Positions 27,411 through 54,600 of a stretch of DNA of 64,000 nucleotides are shown here, piece by piece; the first letter of the stretch is position 1, and every line of letters starts with the position of its first letter. A program made the position numbers and the translations under genes. The DNA is taken from assembly GCA_030141605.1 (NCBI GenBank), contig JAQGDQ010000007.1:607173-671172 (forward strand), in the 5' to 3' direction. A model generated the notes under the pieces. That model was not told where the DNA came from, did not search any database, and saw only the letters and a program-made list of their open reading frames with translations. The stretch is from Tubiluchus corallicola (lineage: Eukaryota > Animalia > Priapulida).

Positions 27411-28282
27411 ATGTAGATACTTCGCTCCCGACAAAAATATTAAGTTCTTGAAACACACGAAATGAGACAAAACACGAATTGCAAAATAAAGATGACGTCA
27501 TTTCCGCTCCAACAACCATGAAAAAGTGTTCTGGGGTTTTTACAGTAGAAACTCTCTAATATGTCTGACTGGATTTTCCTACTTCCTAGTTTGTAATATT
27601 TCATAATTTATAAACATTGAAAACAATTAATTCCTGTTCTTGCTGTATGTGCTCAGCTAACAATATGGCAATATTAAGCAGATATTGATAAATTGCTCCC
27701 AGATTCGTTCACTTTTGTAAAGTACATGCTCTACATTTATCACTGATATTCATGTTGCTTGCAGTCCTACTGATTGTGATCATATGCCAGCACTTTTTGC
27801 ATTTCTGCACTTTAACACTTTTTATATAACATTTTTTCAATTGCTTGTATTTTATTTTGAAAATATGAAACTTTTATAGGGCTGAATTATTCAGGTATAG
27901 ATATAACAGGATAATAATAGACAGTAGCTGTTATGAACTTATGATGTGTGAACATGTTTTGTAGTAAGTGATGCTTCAGTTTGAAAGGAAGCAAGGTTAT
28001 AAACTAAATAAAGTGAAGAAAATCACACAACATTTATTCATAATGTTTATTTGTATGTGAAAAATGTAGTAGTAAGCTCTTAGCTATGTTTTACCTTATT
28101 GAACTTATTGAAACTTGTTTTTTAACTTAGTGCAATGCCACTTGTCTAACGAAATCTTTTACAACGCTAAGGTTCGTTATTCACGTCTGCTAAGAAATCG
28201 TGCTTCAAAACTAACTGTGCAAAGATAACTGCTTTTTTCTTGTATTGCAGGTTACTGTGTGTGTATAACATGTTCTTAGACA

Positions 28283-41208
<12,926 letters not shown>

Positions 41209-43316
41209 GTGAGCAACAAGCCATGTTTTTACATCAGGACTAACAAGTTGCCAAAAATGACACAGGTATCTACTATTGCCATGTATAGGACCTGGGAGAA
41301 GTACTTAATGATTCACATTGTTTTACATACTACATACTATAACATAATTTACATTTCACGTCGTCATTGTTTTGTTGATAATGATCGCAATGCTTTTTGT
41401 GTTTTTAATTATGGAGAATGATGTATTGAAAACTTAAAGTAGAATGGACTGATTAGCATGCATTATTATTATTTATTCTTTTTAATTGTGTCAGTTTTGC
41501 AGCAGTGATTGAATACAAGTTAAAACCGCTTCAAAAACATGTTATGATGAAAAATGTTTACGGAAAATCAGTGATTTCATCACATTTCATCATTTTCGAA
41601 TTAAAACAGACTTTCTGAAAATACTTTTTCTGTGAAAATGTTGTGTTTAAAATGAAGTGATCGTTTAATAATAATGTTCCAAGTATTGAATACCTAAGTT
41701 TAGATTGGATTTTAGCAAATAATATTTTATTTTAATTTTAATGATGGTAGTATAAAGTTCTAATGTTTTCTCAGTATTATGATATGTGAAAAAAAATTAT
41801 TAAATTTCTTGAGCTTTAGTTTTTATAGTAATATAAATAAAAACTTGATACTTTTTTATTAAACAATAATTTATAGCATTGTTTGAGATGTCGATATTTA
41901 CAATTAAAACAAATCTGAAAAAAATCTAAGCATTTTAAGATAAAACAAGTAGACAGAAAGCTTAATGTTACTATCCAAGCAGCAGTCAGCTGAGAATTAT
42001 AATACACGCGATTATGAAAATGTTCACGATACAAAACAACAGATACTTCTAAATGTAATGACAATCCAACATTTTCGTTTCAATATCTAAAATCCCTTTC
42101 TGTTTTTGTGCATTTCCATCATCACATTCACGACAACCAATGACTTTGGTAGTTTTAGAAATATGCTCAAATTACTCTGTAGAAAGAAAGTGGTAGATAG
42201 CAGCATGCATTTAATTGCAGTGCTTTTCAGTAAGTATTAATTAGGGCTGTAATTATACACTTAGGTCACGATACAATACGTATCGCGATACACGTGAGTT
42301 GATGCTTGCAGACTTTATGACAAAAAACTAGATGAAGCAGTTGATAATAAATGCTAAACAAAAATCGACAAACTGACTTATTTATTACTTGTGTAATGTG
42401 TAGGCTATTGTTTGTATTATAAGTTCCAAAAATGCAAAACATATCAATACTTTAGGTTTAAAAATTGCTTGTGGGTTTTCTGATTCACTTTTGCCATGTC
42501 ACAGGTGTAAACAATGTAATTAGCCTACTACAGATTAAACACCTTGCATTTTGACTGCTTTGGCTGTTGCAGAGCCTGTCTTAAGTCAACTACTGTTCAC
42601 TGAGTGATTGAGAGGTATCTACAGCACAATCTACAACTTAACTTACTTCATATCATTTTTATCAGTATGCAGTCAAATGTGTGCTAATTTGCTAAATATC
42701 ATTTGACTTAGTATTAATTGTAGTTTTAATCTGCCTTTTAATTTTAAGTATGATTTTAAACATTCTCAGACCTTAACAAGAACTGTTCCCTACCTATTTT
42801 TTAGTATTTTCCTACCTAATCTATCCATTTAGCTTTACTCTAAAAAAAATAATTTGGATTCGTTAAATGCCAGAATAATGAAATCTACGGGTTTTCATTA
42901 TAAATCAAATCGAGAGACAAAACTAAGGTAAAGTGTCAATTCCTTCATGCTTCCAGACTTGCACATTAACTAACAATGCATAATTCGCTGACAAAACAGG
43001 CTGTCAAAGGCTTTTATGATGTTGCAGAATACAGGGCAAGTCTTTATTTTTCAACTCTCCTCAGTGTGACTTGTTTAATCACTGCACTAGTGTCATGTCT
43101 TACTGACGGCACACATTCATTGATGCTCATACTTGCTAACTAAAGACACCACACAGCATGTTCGACTGACATTGTGCAAATTCTACTTCAACTACTACGA
43201 CCTTCCATAGTAAGACGGGGTCACATCTGTTCTATACTCCTTTCTTAAAATTCAGTTTCATGCAGCTTCAGAACATCCAGATTCGAAAGAATATTGATTC
43301 GTGATGCTGCGTAAAA

Positions 43317-46300
43317 TCATACTATACAGTTTTCACAAATTGGATTATCGTCGATGATTCGTTCAAAACTGAAGCATTCTAAGTCGATTGTTTTATATTG
43401 ACCGTCCAAGAAGCGTTCCATGACCGCCCGACCGATCGCAGGCGCCTGCTGAATCCCGTGTCCACTGAAACCATTTGCAAAAAAGAAATTTTCATGAATC
43501 GGATGTGGGCCAATGATGGCATTCTGATCAAATGTATTGTAATCGTAATAACCAGCCCAAGCCGCTTTTACCTGCAAACAAAATCAAATATCACAATTAG
43601 CAGCCTTAGTCACTAATTTGTAGATTTGCCATCACTTTTCACTACTAGTGCCTACTACACAGACAATAGCATATGCAGCTTATACACTACAAATAATTTT
43701 GATGTTGTGACTAGAATTATTAAATTTGCACCTCGGGGAAACGCTGACTGTAAGGTGACAGCTAACAAACACATTCACTGGAGCTCTCTTTTCGGTTTAG
43801 GTCTCTTGTTAAAAATAGACCTATATGTGGACCTTTACTAAACTTGGAAAGCGTACTCAATAAACACAGGCGAAGCCTACCAAATCAATATAGTAACTGC
43901 AGTATTATTCTGCACCTAAAGTTATGAAGAGTCGAAAAACAATGAAATTTAGGCCACATCAGGGCTGAACTGGACATAGAATAAAATGACTTCTTCCTAT
44001 TCCAGTATATTCATGTACGTGCACCAAAACTTGGTTTTAAACTAGCAAGTTACAGTAATTTAATTATGGCACCACAATTTTAGCTGCACAAAATAATATG
44101 GTTACAGATGGACATATGATTCCAGCATAAACAGTTTCTATACTCTACTTAAAAACTAGTTATCAAATGTTATAGTAAGCCCTTTCTTCTAACAACTGTT
44201 CACTACGACACAGCCGTTCACAAAGTTCCAGATTTTGAATATGGCCGGGAAAAGGGTACCATTGATGGCAGAGAATGACCATATTAGTACATGTTTGTTT
44301 AATCATGAGCTACAGCGAAGCAGCCAATATCAGCTGTACAAGAGTTCCCCAGTGACATAGCCACGGAAAAAGGTACCAGTGATAAAAGAGAATAAATCCT
44401 CTAGTATATTTAATTGTGTGAGTTTCTCTGTGGCCGTCAACATAACTGAGGATGCTCCCAGTGAACGGAAGAAGCTGAAAATTGAAAATTCCCTTGGAAA
44501 AAGAGGGTTCTAATTAGCATGAGCTCAAAAAGCCCCTGTATTGCAGTCAATCTTATTGTGAATGTTGACCAGTACATAGTAGAGAAGTATACTATCTACC
44601 AAGGATGATCCTCTAAGATGAAACACTGAAACAGCACAAAAGCTTTGCTTCATGTTTTGACACACGCATACGTGGTACCTCAATGAGAGAAATAATAGAG
44701 TAGCAAATGAGCAGTTTTCTCAGTCGCTTATGGCTATCTATCACATGCTAACTAAGTCATAGTTGCTTATACTTGTAGTTAAGTACACACCATGACCTCT
44801 CACCTGTTCTCTTTGACACTGCTGTCAGTCTGTGTAATAAACAATCATCTGGACAATCCTATGGGTAATTTTATACTAACAGCAAAATGAAGGCAAAGTA
44901 TAACTACGTAAAGTCAGTTAATGTATTTAGAGAGTTAAGCATCATCAAATCTGGTTAGTAACTGGAAGGCATGCAACTATGCGTCTGGGAGCAAGCTCTT
45001 AAACCCACGCGACAGCCTGCATGTTAACATATAGTATCACGGTTACTTGGGAACTGAGGCCTGAGAGAATTTCATGATGTTCTACAAAAATTATAGGGCG
45101 ACTGTTCAGTTTGTTTTAAATAAACCCAGCCCATTTTCCTTTGATAAAGTTTCTTTATTTAATTAGTTAAATGCAAATTAGTTAGCCTACACAACTGTAA
45201 ACGCCTTAATCAGTTAATGTTAATCTATGGCTTCTATTAACTGGAACTTCCTGCAACGTACCACTAGACTACAACACCATAAATAATGCGCAGACATTCA
45301 TTCAGTTACTGCAAGGTGTTTTTCAGAACGACCAATAGAGTTATTTTAAAAAGCACGTGATACCAGAGCTATAATAATCTACCAATTAAATACACACACG
45401 CGCTCTATTTGTCCCGCCCCTAGTCCTGCATAGACAAATGACTCCCATTGTTTCCCGAAGCCTTGGTTGGCTCAGCTTTCGGAGTCGATAAGGAGTTACG
45501 ACATTGACGTTGCTTTCAAAAGACAAATCGAAAGGTCAAAGAAGAGAAGATGATTTATAAATTTTTATTATTGGTAATGTTGATAACGGTAGTATGGGGT
45601 CAAAAAGACAACCAGCGAGGAGGTTCTAGTATGAACCGCGTGGTTTTGACGATACTTCACACAAACGATTTGGATTCACGAATTGAGCAAACTGACGAAA
45701 ATAAATCTATTTGTGATGGTGATGACTTATGCTGGGGTGGATATGCACGACTAATAACCGAGGTATCTAACAATAATAATAATATACGTACATTGTCATG
45801 CAATCATTTCCCTTCCTCTTCTCTCTCTCTCGCTCTTTCTGTCTCCCTAGATCTAGCCTGTACGTATTTAGAGCTGTATCAAGCATCAATATGTTTTTGA
45901 AGTCTATGCTCGGAAAAGTTTGTTCTTTATATTACATGTATTATCGTTAGTGAAATTTTATGATTTTTACGCACTTATTTTTTTGCAATCGCTGTGTGTA
46001 TTTAATGTTTAATGCTTTTTCTTTATTTGATATGAACGTACGTTGGAAACAAAAATTCATGTTAACTGAATTACCATAACTGCCTACCTAAGTGCATTGC
46101 CTGCCTGCTTGCCAGTTGCCACTTACTTGCCTTTGCCTATCTATCTACCTACATAATTTCTTACCTATTCACTTGCCTTACTACATACCAATTTATCTGC
46201 CTAGGACCAAATTCCCTAAACAATCTAGTTACTTGGACATAACGACGTTTGAACACACTGTTCTGTTCCACTTCATTGGACTCTGCTATATTATGTTTCA

Positions 46301-49300
46301 TGTCATATTGTTTCATTCTTTGCTGATCTGTGCTGTACTGTTCAGTCTGTTGCGATCTGATTTGTTCCATTCCGTTTATTTTACTCTATTTTCCTCAATT
46401 CTTTTGCAAGTTGATTCTTTCCATATTAGTTATACAATTATTACTTTTTACAGTTACACAGAAACTATCATATTAATTATATTATTAGCCTATTATTATA
46501 TTAATAATAATATTAATGAATTACTTGCAAGTAATGAGTTAATGAGTTAGGTAGATACATTGATAGGCAGGCAGTTAAGCAGGCAGGTAGGCAGGTAAGT
46601 AAGTAAATATGCAGATAGGTAAGTAGGTTTGTTGATAAGTACCTAGGTGGTCTGGCCTGTTTGCAACTAGTGAGGTAGGTAGATGGACAGGTAATTAGGT
46701 AGGCAGATGGTTAAGACTTGACAGTGTTCCTTGCAAAAATGTTTTGACACATGAGCAGTATGAATTTATTTTCAGCAATATAAATTTGTATAGTATGGTC
46801 CATGACCATGTTTGTCATGTGAATATGCCTGGTCCAGTGCAGTTTGATCATGCATGACTGGTCAGAGTGCAGAGTGCTCGAGACTATAACTTCTATTTAG
46901 AGTACACAGTAAATTGACTATACTTGTAGTCAGTGCAGTTATTCTAGTGTGACTGAGCAGTCTGAGGAGTTTCACATTTTGCTTCTTATCTTGAGCAATA
47001 ATTTAAATATTCCCAACCTTTTAATCATACCACTGTCTCTACCTCGTGTGTCTGTACTGCCTAGTTTTGCAACTCTATGTATTAGTTTTCTAGTTAGTCA
47101 ATGTTATGACTCGATCTGACCGATGTCCTGAGTCCTTGACCCTTCGACAATGTCACCATTCACCACATCACTGTCAAGGCCATTAGCCAAACATTGCAAG
47201 TTTCATGATGCATACTCATTTGCATTTTTAATAAGGATTTTTGATGGTGTTAACAATGAGAAAGACGACAATGCAAGGACTGGCTACTTGGACCCCTTCT
47301 TTGAATGGGCCAAATTAAGTGACAAGTAAGTTCACAGGTTCACAGTAATCGATGCATAGAGAAAGAAAATGCACACCAAAAATTTTGACTTGGTAAAAAT
47401 ATCTGAGGAAGAAGTGTTCAAATAAAAATGTGACATATGTACATTGAAATATATCGACTATATATCAAGACTCAGAGCCTGATCTTGTTTCATTACAGGT
47501 CAATAGTTATTACATCAACCTGAATAAATCAACCTCAGCTAACATTACCTTACATCAACCTCAGCTAAGCTTATTTTGTTGAATAATTGATGACCTCAGA
47601 ATGAAAGCACATGCAAAACACTGCAATATGTCATTACTTTCCCACCATTGTCAAATTGCTCAAAAATGTAATATCTTTTGTCCTGTGCAATACATCATTG
47701 TGTACAGCAAATATATACATGAACATATGTCATCAGGCTACAAAAGATGCCAGATAATAACTGACTTTAAAAGTGACCTGGAGATCATCATATAATTGTC
47801 TAGTTACATCACAAAGAAAATTGCTAAAACATATTATAAATGATCAAACTGCAAATTGCAAATGGCCTCAGGGCTTTCCTATTTTAATTATAAAGGCATT
47901 CTGTCTGCTCACTAGTGGTTAAGTACATATATGTCTAGATAGTGTGTAGTCACACTTATCTAGTGCTTAAATATTGTGATTATTTTAGGTTAAGAAAGCT
48001 AGAGCCACAGAAGAGAACGTTTTACTGATGGACGCTGGAGAACAACAGGTCGGAACCTTGATGTACAATATCCATAAGTACCGCGTGATATCTTACTTCA
48101 TGAATCTCGCCGGGTATGATGTGGCTGTAAGTGTTAATATTTATCTACATTGGTTGAGTAATTCCATAGTTATTAGATATGTTGTACACAAGCAAAGCGG
48201 CCTTAAACAACAGAGGATTCTGTGACGTTATGTTGAGTAGCTGTTGTGTTATGTTGCCTTTCGGATCTTTTTTACACAAGCAGTTTAGTGTTTGCTGATT
48301 GAGTGATTTTTGTTCCTTCTGACTAGCTAATTCACACATCTCAAGCCACCCAGTCAAGATTAGCAAATACTCCAACAAAACTTTTTGCCAATCTGGATTA
48401 TCTGGTAGGCCTACTGCTTATTACCAAACAGTCATTCAACTCTTTTCAGTTTTTGAAATGTAAAAACTATTTGACCATGAATTTCTTACTCGACATCATC
48501 AGCCCGATTACTAAGAATTGTCTCTCTTCTAGCACTAATACTTGTAAGTTAACAAATGCTTACCCAAATCTGCGTAGTTTTCTAGTCCTTTGAACCACTC
48601 CTATATAAGGTGTCAGACTGTCAGCTATACTATTCGTATCTTTTGCTATTTGGGAAGTTATACCTGGGAAGTTTGGGCCTAACTTTTCAAAAGTTTTGAG
48701 CAGTAGCTGAACCACCAACTCAAGGTCACCACCTAACTGAGCTAACTCTCATGAGGTTTTCCAACTCCTTACAGTTCATGAGTTGCAATTCTCTAGCAAT
48801 TTTTTGGTTGCTCACAGCCATACTTGCTGTTATCGTACTAAAGCCTAGAAATCTAAATCCCCCACATATAGTCATTAGTCAAAGGCTGGTGTCCTTAGAG
48901 ATTTAATTAGGATGATACAATTTAGGGGCTTGATATCAAATCAGGTGTGGGAGCTGTAAGGAATAGAAGCAGTTTGACTTATGGCACATGAGCAAGTTTG
49001 AGGACAGGGTGAGACGAAGCTTGGGTTGTCATTGGTTTTCTGAACTTAGACACTTTTTCAACGGAATTAAAATGCATGAAGAACGTGACTCAGGAAATGT
49101 GGGATTCACATGGAAATTAGATCAGGTTTGCAAATCAGCTTTAGGTGTGTTGCTCTGGATGGTGGCATTTTCTAGAGATATCGCAGCTATTTCCAGTTGA
49201 ATATTAAGATATTGGCAATGTGAAGTTCGGCTTTTGGCAGCATTAGTCTTTAGGAATGGAGATGAGATGAAAGAATAGGTAATTTCAACTCCACTCGGCT

Positions 49301-51610
49301 GTAAAATTGCCTCACTGCAACATTTGCCAAAATAGTAAATTATCTTCTCACAAGGCAATGCCTTAATATTCTTATGTAAGTTATTTAGATTACTAGTTTA
49401 ATATTCCTTACAATCCCGAGAATTTAATCCATTTGTTGTCATCACATTGATGACAATTTTTATCAAGATTACTTTACAAATTTCTCACCAATGAGCAGGT
49501 TATTCATAACATTGAAATTTTATTTATTACAGGCACTTGGAAACCATGATTTTGATTATGGCATGTACAATATAGCTTCCTTCCTGCGCAACCTGAGTTT
49601 TCCTGTCATCAGCAGCAATATCGACTCTACTAGAGAACCTCTAATGAGAGATATGTAGGTACAACATTCCGAACTTAAAAGTTGCTAAACTTTACAAACA
49701 CTCAATAAGTACAAAGTTCCTTTTTACAATTGTCGAAATATGCTGTGTTCTCAAAAGCAATACTATGTCTGCAAGGCATTATTTTTCAGATTACAAATTA
49801 ACAGCTTCATATTGTTTTTTTTTACATATTAATCTTTTATAGATTACAAAAGTCAATTATCATGACACTCAGTGATGGAACGAAAGTCGGTGTTATTGGT
49901 TATATAAATACAGAATTCCCTACAATAGGTAAGTTTGGATAAAGACTAAGTGGCAAAGGCATTGATGTAATTTTCTTACACATTTGTTGTTTCTAGAAGA
50001 GGAGTTAGTTTAGGAGACAAATGTATCGTCAAATGATTTTATGTATATGATAGCATCTTTTCCACTGATGCAAATGGGAAGTTTTGGCAGTTTTACAAAA
50101 CATAAAGTTATTTATATTAGTTTTAATGGAAATCTTGATGCACGCGCCGTTGAGTAGACTCACGGTTAATAGAATCAGTCGCTTAATTGACTCAAAAACA
50201 CCTGAAACGACAGCTCCTATTCAAATGTACACAAAACTCTTGGTCCTTCACCTACTTAAAATACAATACTTGTATGTGCGCAAAGAGCTTTTCCTACTTT
50301 TACGTCATCTTTACTTCCATTTTGTGCACTATGTATACAGAAACAATCATGTTAAGTACCGTTTTGTTTGTAAGCAGGTACGGTTTTTCCTTCACGTATT
50401 TAAAATAAGACAACTTGTGTGTTCCCAAAGAGTTCAGACTGCTTTTATGTTATCTTTACATCAATTTTGTGTACTATAATATATGTACGTAGAAACAGTA
50501 ATGTTGAGTACAGTTTTTGTTTGTAAGCAGGTACAGTATATTCATCATATGTTGTCTTGCGGTTTTGCTGTCTGTCACCTGCAATCAACCTCGTTTTCTA
50601 TTTGTCTCTAATGTAATAAATATGGTCATTCAAACAATCTTGTTTTACCCACAGCGATTTCATAGGACTTTATTAATACCAGTTAAGCAAGTTGCATAAT
50701 GCTCTTAACAAACAGTCGCTTTTCTTGATTTTAGGTCAACTAAGAATTGCAGAAATAGAACAAAGCTTACGAAGTGAAGTAGAAAAACTACAGAACACTG
50801 GTGTGAACATTATTATAGCTTTGGGTGATGCTAACTTAAATGTGGACCAGCAAATTGCAAGAAATGTTGCTGGGATTGATATCATTGTCGGCGGAGAGTC
50901 CAGAACACTTCTGTGGCCAGAAAACGGTAAGGTAAAGTTCTTTATATATGAGCTACATTTAATAATATGATTAAAAGATTGTTTTAATCATAAAAATCAT
51001 ACTCAAGAAATTTGTGATAAATAAAATATGATTGGCTGACAATAAAATGTAACTGAAATAGAGTTTCAAATCATAACTGACCTGAAAATGAAACTGATTG
51101 TAATGTATTACACTAATATGTGACTATATAAAAACTATTTCAGACGTTTTAAAGTCGCAGCCTGTGACTTTTAAACCAATTCTTGGAAATAATCTGATGA
51201 ATCCTTTTTACACAAAAATATATGTAAATATCTGCAAACCTTCATTTAAATAATCTAAATTATTTTCAGTTGAGCCACCATCAACTGAAGTACCACAAGC
51301 ACCTTACCCCTTATATGTGACAAATGAGAAAACTAGACAGGAGGTACCTATAGTTAGTTGTTTTTCTGGAGGCAAATATCTTGGGAAGATCAAACTCACA
51401 TTCGACAAAGATGGCGGATATTTAGTAGGAGCTGAGGGGCGCCCAATACCGTTAGACAAAACAGTTCCACAAGGTACATATGTATTATGTTTGTTTTAAA
51501 TCAAATTAAGTAGTAAGTATTTCTTGCTGTTAAGTGATGGATATCAGTTTGCAAAGTGCTAAATTGTACACAAAATACTACTACTGCTGCTGCTGCTGCT
51601 GCTACTACTG

Positions 51611-51666
<56 letters not shown>

Positions 51667-54600
51667 ACTTACTACTACTACTACTACTAATAATAATAAT
51701 AATAAATTAGTAAACAACAAAAAAGACTCACTGTGGATATAGCCTTAGAAAGCATTGAGTAAAAGTCGAATGCAAAAGGTTAATTCCTGAAAACAGGATT
51801 ATAAAAAAAAATTATTACAGTAATTTAAGTAACAGTAACAATTTAAGTCACGGTAATGATTAGCAAAACTTTTCTGTAAAGCACTATTAAAATTTGATTG
51901 TGAAATATAGATGCAAAACACTGTTTGTTAAACTTAACCATGAGGTTCTGTTTCTGAATTAATGCTGCATGACACTAAGAGTTAACTCTAGTAAGCACTT
52001 TCTCATAACTGATGCAAGTCAACTTATTTTGACGTACTGGAATTTAATTTTTCATATCCGATCACAAATGAAATTTAACAAAAACTACCTGACAAAATTA
52101 ACTTTTGATCTTTGTCTTTTATCAAGCAGCACTAAAATTTGTTCCGTTCTTGTTTTTACCTCAAAGGTTCTGATAATGAATGACGAATGACTCTGCTTAC
52201 TGATATTTAACTACTATTCTCTGACAACCAATGAAATTTTATTCAGACTTTTTAAATTCCATTACTTGAAATGCATTTGCCAGACACTGACCATCAGTGA
52301 AATTTAATTGACCTGCGAGTCTCACTTATATGTTTACACAGCCCAGACTGACATAACATGAAAGTTTGTGGACTGCATGTTTTTTACTTTTAGATGCAAA
52401 AAACAACAATGATAATTACTACAATTGCATTTTTGTGACATTTTAGATATGAATGTAGTGGAATTAATTAAGCCATGGATAATCAGCACAAATTCAACTG
52501 CAGTAATTGGAAGGACAGCTGTGGATTTGGAGGGTGGAAGACTTCCTTGCAGAGTTAGGGTAAGCTATGGAAGGTTGCATCCAAATTCTGCTTCATTACA
52601 TTGTAATGATATCGATTTTATGCAAAGGAAGCAGCATCGAATGAAATTGAAATTGTTGGCACACAAGACAATTCATCCTAAGCCTACTATGCTGTAAAAT
52701 ATTCGCAGAACCTTCTTTTACTGCTTTCAGTGAATTTCACATATAGGAATCAAGAGCCAGACTAAATTTTCAAACCTTGTGTAGAGTCTGTCCCTATTAG
52801 GGATTGGACTAGCCATTGATCTGAGTGTTTTGTTTTCAGCAACAATTAGTATCTTATAATTTACAAAAAGATATTTGATTTAGCAGCTCTGAATTTACTA
52901 CAAACTCATAAATTAAACATACTTTACCAGTGATTGCTGATTCATAGATAGCTCAAATTTAAATGAATTTCTAAAAAATGCACCTGATATCCAAAATAAT
53001 TTGATAAGAGCTGCTTATATGCAACAATACATTACAAAAACAAATTCATGACGTAAAATCCGGGGAATTTTCATTTAATCGTTTTTTAAGTTGGTTTGGC
53101 CTAGAAGTAGAATGAATGGCTAGGCTTCCCTTGACCTGGTTCCCTTATGAGGGTTGCAGATGATTTTTACAGACTTAGCTGATACGATAGTTAAGCACAA
53201 GTGAGCTTGTTTGTAAACAAATGGGCACCACTGGTAGAAGATTCTCATTAAAGGAAGATATGCACATTTTCGATTGTGGCTAAAATACATTTTGCCCGTT
53301 CAGAGTATTATCCTTGCTTTGTTGATAAGTTACTGGACTGTGGTCCCACCACACCTATTTAAAACAAATAGCAGGCTTGACTGTTGAGCACAGGATTCTG
53401 GTTTGCCATGTTTGCTTTTCTATAAAAACAAGTGCTGGTTTAGTAACTGCCATTTTGCTTTCTAATCATTATTACATTAATTGCATACTTTGCAAAATCA
53501 CCAAAGATTGTCGATAAATTGTATTAACAAGATTTTACTGTAAGTGATTATAGTTTATACTATATTGCAGGAATGTAGCCTGGGCAATCTAGTCACAGAT
53601 GCTCTAATACAGGAAAATCTTTACTCTAAAGATGGTTCTGAATGGGCACAGGAAACTATAGCTATATTCAATGGTGGTGCAATAAGAGCCCCAATTAGTA
53701 AAGATGACTATGATGGTAAGAAATAAAAAAGATATTACAATACTATGTATGAATTTGAAGGGGAGAATGGGGTCACAATTAGTTCAAAAATAGTCCGCCC
53801 GAGAACCAAGAGCAGTGAATGTGCAAAGTTAATGTTGGTTTTCTCTAAATGTTTTTAAGATAAAGTTAGGTCCACTTTTTGACTTATTTGTCGCCTACTA
53901 ACAATGAAACTTTTTAAAGTCATAATAGGATACACTTGAAGAAAACTTGAAGAAATGGAATGCCAAAAAACTTTAAGGAAATGTACTGATTACCATTTTT
54001 ACCTTGTGTAACTTATTCAAGTCATTGGAACTAACCACAAATAATGACTTGAGTAGTAACTGGACTCAAGTCAATTTTGTGGTGCAATGGTAGAATAGAA
54101 AACCCTGCTTCTAAATTCTAATATATAAACAATGACAACTAGTACTAAAATAAGATTCAAATATCTTATAAGGTGATTGTGTAAATATGTGTCTAGGCAT
54201 CTAATCACTTTGTACTTGGATACTTAATTATGCTTGTCAAGGTGTTCATTTTATGTCGAATTAAATTATGTAGCTTTGCACGAAATTAAACAAAAACACG
54301 CTTACGATAACAATAAGACTCTTTTCGATGACTTCCGTGTAGAAGACGCTCCCGGGAAACAGTTAAACAATGAATAGGCCCTGCTACACCACCAATATAT
54401 CGGTAAATGAGAAATTGCAAATTGATACACTGACAAACTTATAACCATTGTAGTAGGTGTAGTGACTGCTGGGCACTTACTGAGGATGCATCCATATGGA
54501 AACATGATTGATAAGATTAAAGTGAGAGGAAACGTTATAATGGCTGCAATGGAGCACTCGGTACGTGGTTACCATGTGGACTACCCAATGGGAAATTTTT

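Noticed and set aside
48560-49360. Coding-like stretch on the minus strand inside a nucleotidase intron
   Set aside because: Frames are broken and no motif was recognised. It is possibly an old TE or pseudogene fragment, but not assignable.
50140-50540. Similarity to 15880-15953 (reverse) and a local duplication of about 145 bp
   Set aside because: This looks like an ancient pogo-type MITE end and a decayed duplication. Boundaries and TSDs could not be defined.
51576-51703. CTG/CAG tract as polyQ/polyA coding or as a toxic repeat
   Set aside because: It is intronic on both strands, short and interrupted; an ordinary microsatellite.
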